64,000 nucleotides of DNA. It comes from Candidatus Poribacteria bacterium (lineage in GTDB: Bacteria; Poribacteria; WGA-4E; WGA-3G). The notes beneath the pieces are model-generated. The model made no database searches. It worked only from the letters and a program-made list of their open reading frames with translations, and had not been told where the DNA came from. This document shows, piece after piece, positions 33,557 to 45,076 of this stretch. A program made the translations under genes and the position numbers. Where the stretch lies: contig OZ243938.1 of assembly GCA_965214095.1 (NCBI GenBank), positions 1,696,001-1,760,000 on the forward strand. Direction: 5' to 3'. Each line of letters begins with the position of its first letter. Within the stretch, counting starts at the first letter, position 1.

Positions 33557-33919
33557 AGTACATCTATTATAGTTATATAAAGACTGTATTCAAGTATAAC
33601 TTGATTAATATAATAAATTGGCGTATTATAACTATATTTATATGAATTATCATGTTATTGTGTTTGATAACTCATTATCCTGAACCATTATACAAAGATA
33701 TAATGCGACACAGTTATCTGAGAATAATTTTACATTTCAAAATCGCAGTTATGATTTATCTAATAAGAAGATAATCCTGTGATTTTTTATGTTCTTACAC
33801 AACCTACTCATACAATGATCAGAGTGGACGGTGTATTCTGATCATTGCTTTTTAACATATTGCAGGAGTATTTACGATGAGAAAGTATTCATGGATTTTA
33901 TTTATCGCTTTAAGCTGGA

Positions 33920-35025
33920 TTGCTGCACGGAGACCCATCCGCAGCTTCTGCAATTGGACGGCAGCACGGAGCTGAACTTGTCATCACTGGAAAAGCGTTT
34001 CCGAATGATACACTGATTAGTTTCGGTCTATATACCAGCCGGGCAACAACCGAAATACGGATGTTAGATGTTGACACTGCAACCATATTCGTTGCCAAAT
34101 CTCAAACGGGTAGCGGGTCTGATCTCACACAAAACATGGCAACGCAAAAGGCGTTCCAGAATGCTGGAGAACTCCTCGCTGATTATCTGATGAAACAGAT
34201 TGAGGATAATTGGAAAAGACATGCACCGAAAGCCTACGAAGTTTCGTTGAGTGTGTCTGAACTAACTTTTAGCCAACTTGTGCAGTTAGAGCAACTCCTA
34301 CAAAATTGGAGAGGAATTGATGCTGTTAATTTACGAAGTTTTGAGGCTGGCACTGCTGTCATTGGTGTTGAAACAGGAATCAGTGCACAACAATTAGCAG
34401 GACACCTTGTCACAAAACCGCTAAATCAGTTTTCGTTGGATGTCAAGAACTTCACCACTATGCAAATTGATATTGAAGTGAGAAGAGCCGTCGCACTCTA
34501 CGATATACAATTGGTTATCGCGAATATGACTTTTGAGGAACTGATCCTACTTGAACAAGCATTGAAAAAATGGGAGGGATAAAGTCTGTCTCCCTTCAAG
34601 CTTTTGATGATGGGAACGCTGTGTTTGATATACATGCTGAGCAAGATGCACAGCATTTAGCACATGAACTGGAACGAAAACCGATCAATGCGTTTGCATT
34701 AGATGTTAAGAATTTCACACCAACTCAGATCAATATTAATGTGATAAGAGCAACCAGCGTTAACGATATGCAATTAATTATTTCACCCTTGGCTTTCAAT
34801 CAGTTGGTCAAATTCCAAAAGGTATTAAAAGAATGGACAGGGGTTAATACGGTATATCTTAGAAGTTTCGACTCGGGTGTTGCGATTATTGAATTACACA
34901 CCGAGAACGGCACACAGCAGTTAGCAGAAGAGTTGGCAAGTAAACCGTTCAAGGCGTTTGCTCTAAATGTCACCAATTTTACGCCTGACCGGATCAACAT
35001 CAGTGTAGAAACTGAAGCTGAATGA
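33920..35025 (+). pseudogene. FlgT/CsgG-like domain plus three ~78-aa repeats; 5'-truncated, frameshift near 34575
   Basis: The second repeat continues across the two ORFs (KKWEG / IKSVSL). Confidence 0.65.
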
Positions 35026-35050
35026 TAAAATATCAAAGGAAATACTACTC

Positions 35051-36544
35051 ATGAAAAAGATCTTGTTCACGAATGTTTTTATATTTCTAATCGTTTCCAC
35101 TAACTATCTACCAATATGTTTTGCACAAGACTATACGCAATGGAACCTACCTGAAGGTGCGAAAGCACGACTCGGGAAAGGTTCAACCTACGAAATAAAG
35201 TATTCCCCCGATGGTACCAAATTAGCAGTGGCAAGCAACATCGGTATATGGATTTACGATGCACAGACTGGACAGGAATTGGATCTATGGCATACGGGTT
35301 CGGTCTACAGCGTAGCGTTTAGTCCGGATAGAAACACACTCGCAACTGGGGGTTATGACGGAACTATCCGGCTGTGGAACGCACACACTGGACAACATAT
35401 CAGAACACTCACGGGGCATACGGGTTCAGTCTTCAGCGTGGCGTTTAGTCCGGATGGCAACACAATCGCAACTGGGAGTGCGGACGGCACGGTGCTGCTG
35501 TGGGAACTCAATCCTACACCAACATCAAACACCGCAGTCAGCCTTTCACCAGTTAGTGTTGCGTCCCCAGGTGTCGGTGAGCAACTCACCTTCACTCTCA
35601 ATATCACAAAAGGTCAAAACGTCGCGGGTTACCAAGCCACTGTGCAGTTTGACACAACTATCCTTCGCTATGTAGAGAGTGCCAATGGCGACTATCTGCC
35701 TGCCGGTGCGTTCTTCATTCCACACGTTGTTGAAGGCAATACTGTATAACTTGCAGCGTCCTCTCTTGCGGGGGAAGCGATGGGAGATGGCGCGCTTGCT
35801 ACCATCACGTTTGAAGTTGTTGCTGTCAAAGCCTCCACCGTGAGTCTGTCTGACGTGCTACTAACAAACAAGGATGGTAATAGTTCAACGCCACAAATAG
35901 AAGCCGCAGAGATTACCGAACCCTCGCAATTACCGGAGGATGTCAATGGTGACAGTGTTGTGAACATTGTAGACTTAACCTTGGTCGCCTCTAACTTCGG
36001 TAAAACAGGAGAGAACGCTGCGGATGTCAATGGAGACGGTGTCGTGAATATCGTCGATTTGACACTGGTAGCGGCTGCGTTTGGAAACACAGCCGCCGCA
36101 CCTATTATCTGGAGTTTCGATTCGAAGATCGCTCCGACAAGAGCGGATGTAGCAGCATGACTAAACGAAGCACGGCAGCTAAACTTAGCTGATCCTGGTT
36201 TCCAGCGTGGTATATTGATATTGGAACAACTCCTTGCATGGCTTACTCCGAAAAATACCGCATTGTTACCGAACTACCCAAACCCATTCAACCCGGAAAC
36301 ATGGATACCTTATCAACTTGCAGCCCCTGCTGATGTCAGTATATCAATCTACACAGCAGATGGTAAGTTGATACGAACATTGGACTTAGGACACCAACCT
36401 GTTGGCATATATCAACATCGTAGCCATGCAGCCCAGTGGGATGGTAAAAACGCACAAGGTGAACTTGTCGCAAGCGGTGTGTATTTTTATATGCTCACTG
36501 CAGGAAATTTCACCGCTACACGTAAAATGTTAATAAAAAAGTAA
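35051..36544 (+). pseudogene. Secreted WD40-cohesin-dockerin protein with NPFNP C-terminal domain; two in-frame stops
   Basis: Three ORFs in one frame separated by TAA (35747) and TGA (36158). Confidence 0.85.
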
Positions 36545-36589
36545 ATTTATTATCGGTGTGACTTCTGTGCTTTCTTCGGATAGAGATAG

Positions 36590-38761
36590 ATGTCACACCT
36601 TACAAAACAGGAGAACTCACACTTGAAAACGAGACTATGTTTCACACTACTTACTTTTGTAATACTTATGTTTGTGCCGAACAGTTTTGCACAAGACACG
36701 ACACCTGAATATGTTGTGCGTGTCATCTATTTTATCCCAAATGACCGTCAACCTAAGCCTGACATAGACAAAGTATTGGATACACATATAAAAGAGGCAC
36801 AGCAATTTTTCGCAGACCAGTTGGAGGCTCACGGGTTTGACAGAAAAACATTTAGAATTGAAACCGATGATGCCGGAGATGCTATTGTTCATCATGTTAA
36901 CGGACAGCACGACGATGCATATTATCAGAATCCTTCTATTGGTGGATCCGGCAGCACCGTGAGCGAAATTGCAGAACAATTTGATATGTCAAAAAATATC
37001 TATTATATTGCTTTGGATAGTAGTAGTGTTTACCTTGATAGCGGACAAACAACGGGTTGGGCTTATGGAAATAGCGTGAGCGGCGTAACGTTTGTTACAG
37101 TGCATGAGAATGTTCCCACTATTCATGAACTCGGACATGCTTTTGGATTGTCACATGATTACCGTTCTAACTTTAAGGCAAAAAGAATTTACACTAATTC
37201 AAACTTCCGCGAACTGATGACAACCACTTTCTGTGCGGCAGAATGGTTATATGCACACCGATATTTCAACTCAAATCCAGGTGAAGTTAATAACAACACG
37301 GATATTCAATTTCAGCCTGCCGAACTTATTGAACCACCGACTAAAATACGTCTCCGATTTACATTAACTGATCCTGATGGTCTCCACCAAGTACAGTTGC
37401 ATCATCCGCAAGGGTTTCTACCAGAAGAATATAGTCATCTTGCAGGAAGAAACGAGTCAACTTTAGCTGCTTTTCAAAGATTGAGCGGTAATCATGATAC
37501 TGCAGAATTTGTAACTCGTGATTTGGTAGGACCTGATAATTTAACTTCTGAATCCATCAGAATATGGCTGGGAGTTATGGATATGCATGGAAACTTTACA
37601 AGGCATCCGTTCGATATTGATATGACGCAGCTTCTGTCACCACATGCTGATGTTTCAATACCTGATCCGAATTTAGCATCGGTAATCCGAGAAGAACTCG
37701 GTTTGGCATCCGATGATGCAATAACGAATCTGAATATGTTGCAGTTAACGAAACTCTTGGCTGTTGATCGTAATATAAAGAACCTTACGGGGCTTGAAAG
37801 GGCAATCTACCTGCGTGAATTAAATCTGTTAGCTAATCAAATTAAGGACATAACCCACCTCTCACAATTGACACATTTGACAGACTTATCTCTTGGGTTT
37901 AATGAAATTCGAGACATCACACATCTCACAGATTTAAACCAATTGAGAAGTTTATTTTTAGGGGATAATCCTATCAGTGACATCACAGTTCTCACATCAT
38001 TGAACAGCTTAAAGAGTTTGTCCATCATGGGTACGAACTCCAGTAATAAACCGATCTTTGATATCAGTCCAGTCTGGGAGTTGACACAACTGAGTTATTT
38101 ATCACTCAGATCTTTAAAGATTAGCGATCTTTCTCCGCTCACAAACTTTACAGACTTAACACAATTACAACTCTCTAATAATCTAATCAGCGACATTACG
38201 CCGTTGACAGGATTGACAGGATTAACAAAAGTAAGCCTCAATGGCAATGTAATTAGTGATGTAAGCCCCCTCACAACATTAACAAATCTTAATGTCTTAA
38301 ATCTACAAGATAATCCAATTAAGAACAGAAAACCGCTCTTTGAACTTTTGAAAAAGAATCCAGACATCGAAATAAACCTTAAGTGGGGTGGAAAACCGTT
38401 ACCCGTTAATCTATCTCACTTCCGTGCAGAACAGACCAATGCAGGTGTTTTGCTCAAATGGACAACCGAATCAGAGGTAGATAACGCTGGATTTTATATT
38501 TACCGCAGTGAAACAAAGGATGGTGAATTCAAAGTTGTTAATCCTCAAATGATACGGGGTGCTGGCACCATAGGTGAACGTAACGAATACACGTGGACAG
38601 ATACCACCGCTAAACCGAATACTGTCTACTATTATCGGATAGAGGATGTCTCACATGCGGGTGTGCGGGAACAGTTAGCAACAGTTCGCTTGAAAGGGTT
38701 TATGTCGGCTAAGGATAAGTTGTTATTGAAATGGAGTGATTTGAAATATCTTCGTCAGTGA
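36590..38761 (+). CDS. Secreted zinc metallopeptidase-LRR protein with LPVxLS-type C-terminal domain
   Basis: Signal peptide, HELGHAFGLSH metzincin motif, internalin-like LRRs, LPVNLSHF...ESEVDNAGF. Confidence 0.85.
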   Translation: MSHLTKQENSHLKTRLCFTLLTFVILMFVPNSFAQDTTPEYVVRVIYFIPNDRQPKPDIDKVLDTHIKEAQQFFADQLEAHGFDRKTFRIETDDAGDAIVHHVNGQHDDAYYQNPSIGGSGSTVSEIAEQFDMSKNIYYIALDSSSVYLDSGQTTGWAYGNSVSGVTFVTVHENVPTIHELGHAFGLSHDYRSNFKAKRIYTNSNFRELMTTTFCAAEWLYAHRYFNSNPGEVNNNTDIQFQPAELIEPPTKIRLRFTLTDPDGLHQVQLHHPQGFLPEEYSHLAGRNESTLAAFQRLSGNHDTAEFVTRDLVGPDNLTSESIRIWLGVMDMHGNFTRHPFDIDMTQLLSPHADVSIPDPNLASVIREELGLASDDAITNLNMLQLTKLLAVDRNIKNLTGLERAIYLRELNLLANQIKDITHLSQLTHLTDLSLGFNEIRDITHLTDLNQLRSLFLGDNPISDITVLTSLNSLKSLSIMGTNSSNKPIFDISPVWELTQLSYLSLRSLKISDLSPLTNFTDLTQLQLSNNLISDITPLTGLTGLTKVSLNGNVISDVSPLTTLTNLNVLNLQDNPIKNRKPLFELLKKNPDIEINLKWGGKPLPVNLSHFRAEQTNAGVLLKWTTESEVDNAGFYIYRSETKDGEFKVVNPQMIRGAGTIGERNEYTWTDTTAKPNTVYYYRIEDVSHAGVREQLATVRLKGFMSAKDKLLLKWSDLKYLRQ

Positions 38762-39044
38762 TCTACGTGCAACAGAGGATAGTGATTTTTGTGTAAACAA
38801 GATCCTTGAATGGAGAGAAGAATAATGTATGAACGATCATAAGTCTGTACTCACATATCTAATCAGATTAAGGTATTGTCAGATGCCAAGGCATTCGGAT
38901 GCAGCAGTTCAAGAACAAATAACAAATGATCTAATAGAAATCCTGCGGAACAACATCACGCTCTTGTAGGGCTAAGTTAACCTGCCCTGCAGCGCGCAAA
39001 TAATTATGGGGTTACTATAACATAAATTTTATAAGGAGATATCA

Positions 39045-39503
39045 ATGCAACAACTGAATCTAACTCTCACAGTTATATTATTATTCAGTCTTACTATTGG
39101 CTGTTCAAGGATAAAAAGTACTTCCGTTGACGAAGGGCAAGAAGAATCTGGGACACAACTTAAACTTGACCAAACATACGATACAATCAGAAAAGGTACG
39201 CGCCTCATCATGAGTTATAACGTACAAACCAATACCTTTGAAGGTACGGTGGAAAACACCACTGGCGAAACGTTGCAACAAGTCCGCGTTGAAGTCCATT
39301 TATCTAATGGGGTAGAACTTGGACCAACACCATCGGTTGACCTGTCACCTGGTGAAAAGAGAGATGTTAAACTTACTGCAATAGGTAAAGATTTTAACGG
39401 ATGGACACCCCATGCCGAAGTTGGGGACGGTGAACATGGTGGTGAGGGTGAGGGTGAGGATGAACATGGTGGTGAAGGTGAGGGTGATGGTGAACATCAA
39501 TAG
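39045..39503 (+). CDS. Lipoprotein with Ig-like domain and Glu/Gly/His-rich tail
   Basis: TIGC lipobox; 30-bp tandem repeat at 39431-39497; paralog at 49000-49447. Confidence 0.8.
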   Translation: MQQLNLTLTVILLFSLTIGCSRIKSTSVDEGQEESGTQLKLDQTYDTIRKGTRLIMSYNVQTNTFEGTVENTTGETLQQVRVEVHLSNGVELGPTPSVDLSPGEKRDVKLTAIGKDFNGWTPHAEVGDGEHGGEGEGEDEHGGEGEGDGEHQ

Positions 39504-39527
39504 CTGATGCCCCCACGAAAGAGGAAA

Positions 39528-40125
39528 ATGATTGACAATCAACGAATTATACGAACGCGTTACATTCTATGCTTATTGATAAACCTTTACCTTTTCTCAT
39601 GTGGCAAAAGCGTTGATTTTATCAAATTGGATACGTCAGTTAAAACCATTTTGTCACAAGTCGCCTTACTGTTCCAAAGATAGAAGTAACGGAGCAGGAA
39701 CATCCGATTCAATTTGTTATCGAGAGCAAAAAGAATCAATATCAATCAGGTATCTATTATGGTCAGATTTGGTATAAGAATAACGAAGGTAAGCCGCAGG
39801 TTTTTGACTACTTGGTACATTTTTCTGATGCTGTGCAGACGGATAGGTATATTTTTGTGCCTGTTCGTTATGGATGGGGCGGAACGGGAATCTTTTACTA
39901 TTTGACAGCGATTGATAAACGGAACTTGATAGGTGCGAATTCTGCGTATATCGGGATCGTGTCAAAATTATCAATGTCAAAGTGATTGACACAAGCACTG
40001 ATACTGTCTCTATCACCTACATTGAACGCGAAGCAGGTGATACATATCCAACCGTGAACAAGCGTTTCAAAAAACTGGCAATTGAACAAAACCTGAAAAT
40101 ATTGCTGTTATTAGAAGAAAACTGA
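39528..40125 (+). pseudogene. Frameshifted paralog of the 49691-50281 lipoprotein
   Basis: High nucleotide similarity to the reverse complement of 49691-50281, with multiple indels. Confidence 0.85.
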
Positions 40126-40179
40126 ATAATTGAAACTTCCTGCAGCAGATGTGATTGTAGTATTTAATTCTCAATCGGT

Positions 40180-40340
40180 CGGTGTGTAAGTTTCTTACAT
40201 GATTACTCTTTTCTTTTTTAGGAAGGTTTCAACCTTGACACATGCTCCACAAGCGTTTGTTGTTGATTTGAATAAAACGGGTTTACAAAGTCCACCTACA
40301 AGAGAAATGATATGGTTAATGCCAAGATACTTACACACCC
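40180..40340. mobile_element. 161-bp MITE with GGTGTGTAAG ends
   Basis: TIR GGTGTGTAAGTTTCTT / AAGATACTTACACACC (15/16); flanks TCAATCGGT / TTACTCGGT resemble a decayed 9-bp TSD. Confidence 0.7.
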
Positions 40341-40796
40341 TTACTCGGTAAAAGTCCTGATTACTTTGACTTTGAGTCTGCCGTTGCAAGCTTCTGAGGA
40401 AGCAAAGTTGAAAGCAGTTTAAGATGCTAAACAAGATTTCGAACCTTTCAGATGGATTGCTACAAGTATCGGATGTACAATTTTTGGATGCCTTGCTGGA
40501 GGTTTAACAGCGGAAGGTCTTGACAGTAGTGGGGAGTTGATATAACAGACATGGTTGTAGTTTCATCTATGACAGGGACTGCATTAGCATGTTTACCTGC
40601 ACTTGTGTTGTCGAACTCAGTTCCAGTCCATCCATTACCTGATAGGTTATTAGGTAAATCCCCAGAATATATAAACGCCTATTCTATGGAATATTCGTCA
40701 GAAATCAAGGGGTATAGAAGGACACGATTATTAACTGGTACTATTATTACAACGGGTGGTTTTTTAGGTGTGACTTTTATTATGAATAGAAATTAG
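40341..40796 (+). pseudogene. Decayed hypothetical membrane protein
   Basis: Protein-like frame with a stop next to the MITE; C-part is ORF 40551-40796. Confidence 0.45.
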
Positions 40797-41465
40797 CATA
40801 CATCTTCACATAAATTTTGAAAGGATATATATGTTTATTCGAAAGATTGTTACTATTTTAATTGTGTTTACATGTGTGATTTTGTCCAGCTCCGCATCTG
40901 CCTCTGACAGAAAATGGTTATATTATTGCTCAATATCATTCTTATCTTCTAAACTCTTTTCTATAATATCAACCTACCTCTGAAGTTCTTCACTTTTATT
41001 AGTGCTTGATTTCAATTTATTCAAAAACTTTTCGATATCCTTCTCAGAAGCCATAATATTGATACTTGATGCTAAATTTCTCTGAGAGTCCCAATAATAA
41101 TTATATGTTCTGTAGTGTGTAATTGCATATATAGATTCTACAAAAGATAGTGAAGATATAGTACATATAATTATAGCATAGTATTTCTTCAAGTTAATCA
41201 CCTCCTTATATTTCTAGAGCGTAGCTCATAAATCATTTGTAAGGCGATGTCCCTGTGCCTCGCCATCTCTCACAATGTAACTATAGTTATAATAAGTCGT
41301 TTTATTATATTAATTATACAATATGTTAATAGAGTTTATATATAACCTAATATAGTATTTTTGGAAACAAGAGCGTATCTCGCAAATAACGTGAGTTCTA
41401 TAAGATGCGTTATAACGGTAGTTGAGGCGGGATTCCGCGGAGTGTTTTCGGGCTTTTTCACTGAT

Positions 41466-41677
41466 TATTGATACTCTTTCACCAGTGTTTTCAAGGGACG
41501 GATGTTTCTTGGCGGTGTCCTGATACTATTCCAATCGGTGTCATCAATCAATAGAGAGTCTTGGACAAGGGGTGTTGAAAGGATGGTCAAGGTATATCAA
41601 GTCCACCGTTTCAGACTCCATGCCCGCATAATATCAAGATTATCTACCACGAAAAGCGTTTGGTTTTGTACGTTCAC
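41466..41677 (-). pseudogene. Relic of an N4/N6 DNA methyltransferase
   Basis: NQTLFVVDNLDIMR / MESETVDLIYLDHPFN (degenerate DPPF motif), frameshifted and internally deleted. Confidence 0.65.
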
Positions 41678-41734
41678 AATAGCAACTCCAAGTATCTCAT
41701 GCTTTCGGAAACAGAAGATCGTGCCCAAATATAT

Positions 41735-41837
41735 TATAGTAGATTTTGAAATTACTTGAACACTCTGCATCGGCGAGGTTAGGAAACCTCGCCTACCGTG
41801 GGTCGAAATTGTCAACTTATATTTATAATTCACTATA
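41735..41837. mobile_element. 103-bp Correia-like MITE, copy 2
   Basis: Near-identical to 22783-22885. Confidence 0.85.
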
Positions 41838-41932
41838 ATCATAATTCGTATAGTTAACATACAAACTTCGTACACGATGGTAAGTAACAGCATCATATAG
41901 ATTTATAGGAAATCAAAGGAAATTTTGAAACC

Positions 41933-42619
41933 ATGAAAACAAAACATTTATCATTAGCCTTAATCGGTAGTATTCTGATTATAATTTTTAGCATAACAGG
42001 ATGTTCCGAGACGCCTTATACAGGTCCGGTCCTCTCTATTGACCACATAGATACATACCTTAATGCAACAGGTGAAGATACCGTTTGCCTGCAGGACGGA
42101 TTTGATTCCGTTTGCGTCAAACTTGATCTGGATAAAATAGAGATTGATGGTGCAGATATAGGTTACACACCTACTGTCCATGTGCATCCAGAAAACATTG
42201 CTTATGTATTTGAGTATCAAGGAAGTCCTATTTTGCAAGCCAAAAGAACAATGGATACCACAGAACTCGTGCAGCAATTAGAAGATGCAGGTAAAGTTAA
42301 TCTACCCTCAACCGGACATAATCTGAACGTTGCCTCCATTCCTGAAGGATGGACTATCCAGATATATTCCACTGCTCCAATGAATGTCAGAGTTGTAGAA
42401 GGATTAACCATAGGCACTAACAAGAAAAAAGACCTTGGGATAACCCAAACGACACACATTGAGGGTGGCGTTCAATTTTCCGTTGAAACGAAGGTCGCGG
42501 AAATAACGATTCAAGTCAATGGGTTGATCCCAGGCAACACAGCTACATTCCATATCAGTGCAGATAGCATTGATTCTGATGATAACACTAATATTTTGAA
42601 GTTAGAACCGGTACAATAA
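41933..42619 (+). CDS. Hypothetical lipoprotein
   Basis: ITGC lipobox; N-terminal domain paralogous to the next gene. Confidence 0.8.
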   Translation: MKTKHLSLALIGSILIIIFSITGCSETPYTGPVLSIDHIDTYLNATGEDTVCLQDGFDSVCVKLDLDKIEIDGADIGYTPTVHVHPENIAYVFEYQGSPILQAKRTMDTTELVQQLEDAGKVNLPSTGHNLNVASIPEGWTIQIYSTAPMNVRVVEGLTIGTNKKKDLGITQTTHIEGGVQFSVETKVAEITIQVNGLIPGNTATFHISADSIDSDDNTNILKLEPVQ

Positions 42620-42640
42620 CCATTAAGAAAGGAGTAATAC

Positions 42641-43489
42641 GTGGCAAACTTACAGAGTGTCATGTCAAGAATTCAACTATTATTGTTCGGATTCATCAGT
42701 AGCATACTAATTGTTCTTTTCAGTATAGTAGGGTGTTCCGATCCTTCCCATACGGGGTCGATTGTTTCATCTACAGGTTCAATGCTAACACATGCGGATG
42801 TGGACGATTATCTCACCTCCATTCGTGGTGGGAGATATTGCATTCATAATGACACGGATTCCGCCTGTATTGATCTTGTCCCACTTGTAAATGGCGCGGT
42901 AGATACCAATGGACCTATCATCCACATTTATCCAGAAAAAACAGTTTATCTGTTCCATTATGAAGGCAAACCAATTGTGCGAGCCGAAAGGGTAGGGGAT
43001 ACCACCGACTTTGTTGAGAAATTGCCAGATGCAGATCAAGACCCGCCTAAAAGGGGACCGTCTACTCCCGGAAGCAATAACAACGGCGATGACGACAATG
43101 ATGTCAACAACGACAACAGCGATGATGAAACACCTGCGAATCCCGATGACAACAATGACGAAAATCCTGATAATACCGATCCCACTGATAACACCAATGA
43201 TGGACATGGATGGCTTATCTGGATATACTACCCAGAGGGTACAGCACCAATAAATCCGCCAACGCTTAGTGAAAGTAATGTGACAGTTACAATAAATGGT
43301 AAACAATTAACGGATGAAGACATAACAGGCTTTGCACAATTCATCGGAATCGAAGGCGAAAGAGGTATTCAGTTTTTCTATCCAACAGAATCCGCAGAAC
43401 TTTTAGACTTAAAGGTTCAAATGGTTGGAATAACTGATCGTCAAGGTAATGTCCGATTTAATATTAACTATTTATGGAATTCATATTAA
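42641..43489 (+). CDS. Hypothetical lipoprotein with Asp/Asn-rich linker
   Basis: IVGC lipobox, GGAG RBS, shares a two-Cys domain with the upstream gene. Confidence 0.8.
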   Translation: MANLQSVMSRIQLLLFGFISSILIVLFSIVGCSDPSHTGSIVSSTGSMLTHADVDDYLTSIRGGRYCIHNDTDSACIDLVPLVNGAVDTNGPIIHIYPEKTVYLFHYEGKPIVRAERVGDTTDFVEKLPDADQDPPKRGPSTPGSNNNGDDDNDVNNDNSDDETPANPDDNNDENPDNTDPTDNTNDGHGWLIWIYYPEGTAPINPPTLSESNVTVTINGKQLTDEDITGFAQFIGIEGERGIQFFYPTESAELLDLKVQMVGITDRQGNVRFNINYLWNSY

Positions 43490-43834
43490 CATAATATCAT
43501 CAGTTCTCTGGTTGTGTACATAACGAGAACAGGAAAAAAGAACTTAGGCTAACATAAAATGCATACCCTGTCTCACGTAAAACACCACGAGGGATACCTC
43601 CTAAAAATGCGTTAGAAGCGAGTCTGAACCTTTTTATTTCAAATGCGTCTTCACCTGAAGGCATGCAGGAGGATTATTACACGGAACGGGGAAGGTGTCC
43701 GGGTAGCAGCCATTTGTCTGCAGGAACTTCACTCGTTCGCTGGACGCTTACGTTTTATTCTCAGGGACAAGAGGACATTATTTTAAGACGAACCGAATGC
43801 CGTTGTTTCATCTTCTGCTTGTTGCAAAGTTTAC

Positions 43835-44158
43835 TCATTGTTTCTTGACGAATGTCTCAACCAATCCTGATATTTTATTAAGTTTTTCATTCATCGCATT
43901 CAGATAATCCGTGATCAAATCTTTGTTCTTAACCGGTAAGTTGTAGTCTCCCCTAATAATTTCCTTACGCCACTGTTCACATTCTGCCTTTGTGCCGTAT
44001 GTGATGTTAATATAGGCTTGATCCATGCTACCGTCTGGTTTGGTATAAACGAGAGTCAGGCATGCTTCCAATTTAGCATTCTTCTCTGTGCCCGTTATTT
44101 CAAAATGCGTAACTTCATCTAAGTTGAAAGTTATGCCTTGAAAATCTATCCAATTCAT
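43835..44158 (-). CDS. Hypothetical protein
   Basis: 107-aa ORF with AGGAGA RBS. Confidence 0.7.
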   Translation of the reverse strand: MNWIDFQGITFNLDEVTHFEITGTEKNAKLEACLTLVYTKPDGSMDQAYINITYGTKAECEQWRKEIIRGDYNLPVKNKDLITDYLNAMNEKLNKISGLVETFVKKQ

Positions 44159-44265
44159 TGTAATATTTCTCCTTTAGAAAGGGTTTAAGATTCGTTTTTG
44201 TAGGTGCTATGTGTATATGATCCTTATTATTCTGTGATGGCTTCAATAACCAAGGTCGTATCTCG

Positions 44266-44778
44266 TCAGAAATAGCTGATTTCACGAAAATCAAGTTGGA
44301 AGTTTTCGCTATATTCTGTCCCTCTAATATTTTGATATGTCACATCAAATTTCACTCTTGATTGCTTGTTTTTATACCAATCGTCAGTATGTAATTCGTC
44401 TAACCGGCCTACAACAGAAGAGACTATGGCAGACATTGTTTGTCCTGAGACAAGGACTTCAATTCCGTTTGTAAGGAAGTTAATATTTTTGAGGGAACTG
44501 CTATACGCTGGCTTAAAGGAAAAATCACCATCAAACCAAATCCTATGGGCAGCTCGTGTTCCTACATTCTGCACACATAAAAATGTATCAAGATAATAAC
44601 GTTGATTTGCTTGCCGTTTTTCAAGTGTCAAAAAGAGCACGACTTCCGGTCTGTGCGTTTCGTCTGCTGTTCGCTTTGTTTCTTGCAGCAGTTTATGTGT
44701 TATGATCACATAAATTCCAGTTAGGACTACAAGTAACAAGGTACTACTTGCTATTATTAGACTGATAGTCCATTCCAT
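44266..44778 (-). CDS. Hypothetical protein with N-terminal TM anchor
   Basis: 170-aa ORF, GAGG RBS. Confidence 0.7.
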   Translation of the reverse strand: MEWTISLIIASSTLLLVVLTGIYVIITHKLLQETKRTADETHRPEVVLFLTLEKRQANQRYYLDTFLCVQNVGTRAAHRIWFDGDFSFKPAYSSSLKNINFLTNGIEVLVSGQTMSAIVSSVVGRLDELHTDDWYKNKQSRVKFDVTYQNIRGTEYSENFQLDFREISYF

Positions 44779-44851
44779 TTATTATCTACCTCTTTTCGTT
44801 TCTAAATTCTTTTTCCAGCATAAATATCAGTTCACTTATTATTTTTTTTAG

Positions 44852-44938
44852 TGCGAGGGTTTTACATCTCCCCGCAGGATGGAAAGAACACCTTGTTTAT
44901 ATAGGGCATATTTTCTTTACACGCCGCCCTCGTAGCGA
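44852..44938 (-). ncRNA. Unassigned two-hairpin leader motif, copy 1
   Basis: AGGGC-GGCGTGTAAAGAAAATAT-GCCCT and TGCGGGGA-GATGTAAAA-CCCTCGCA. Confidence 0.6.
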
Positions 44939-45076
44939 AATGGCGCGTGCGGTAACTCCGGTATAACACCCCGCACGCATAAGGTGGTTATTGCATCTCC
45001 GGATTAGCATCACTTTAAGGTAATATCCCACGTTAATCCGTTCTGTGTTCTATTCTGTATATTTTTCTTTTCAGAT

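Noticed and set aside
34560-34582. Programmed frameshift in the FlgT-like gene
   Set aside because: No canonical in-frame slippery heptamer and the gene is already 5'-truncated; a simple indel is more likely.
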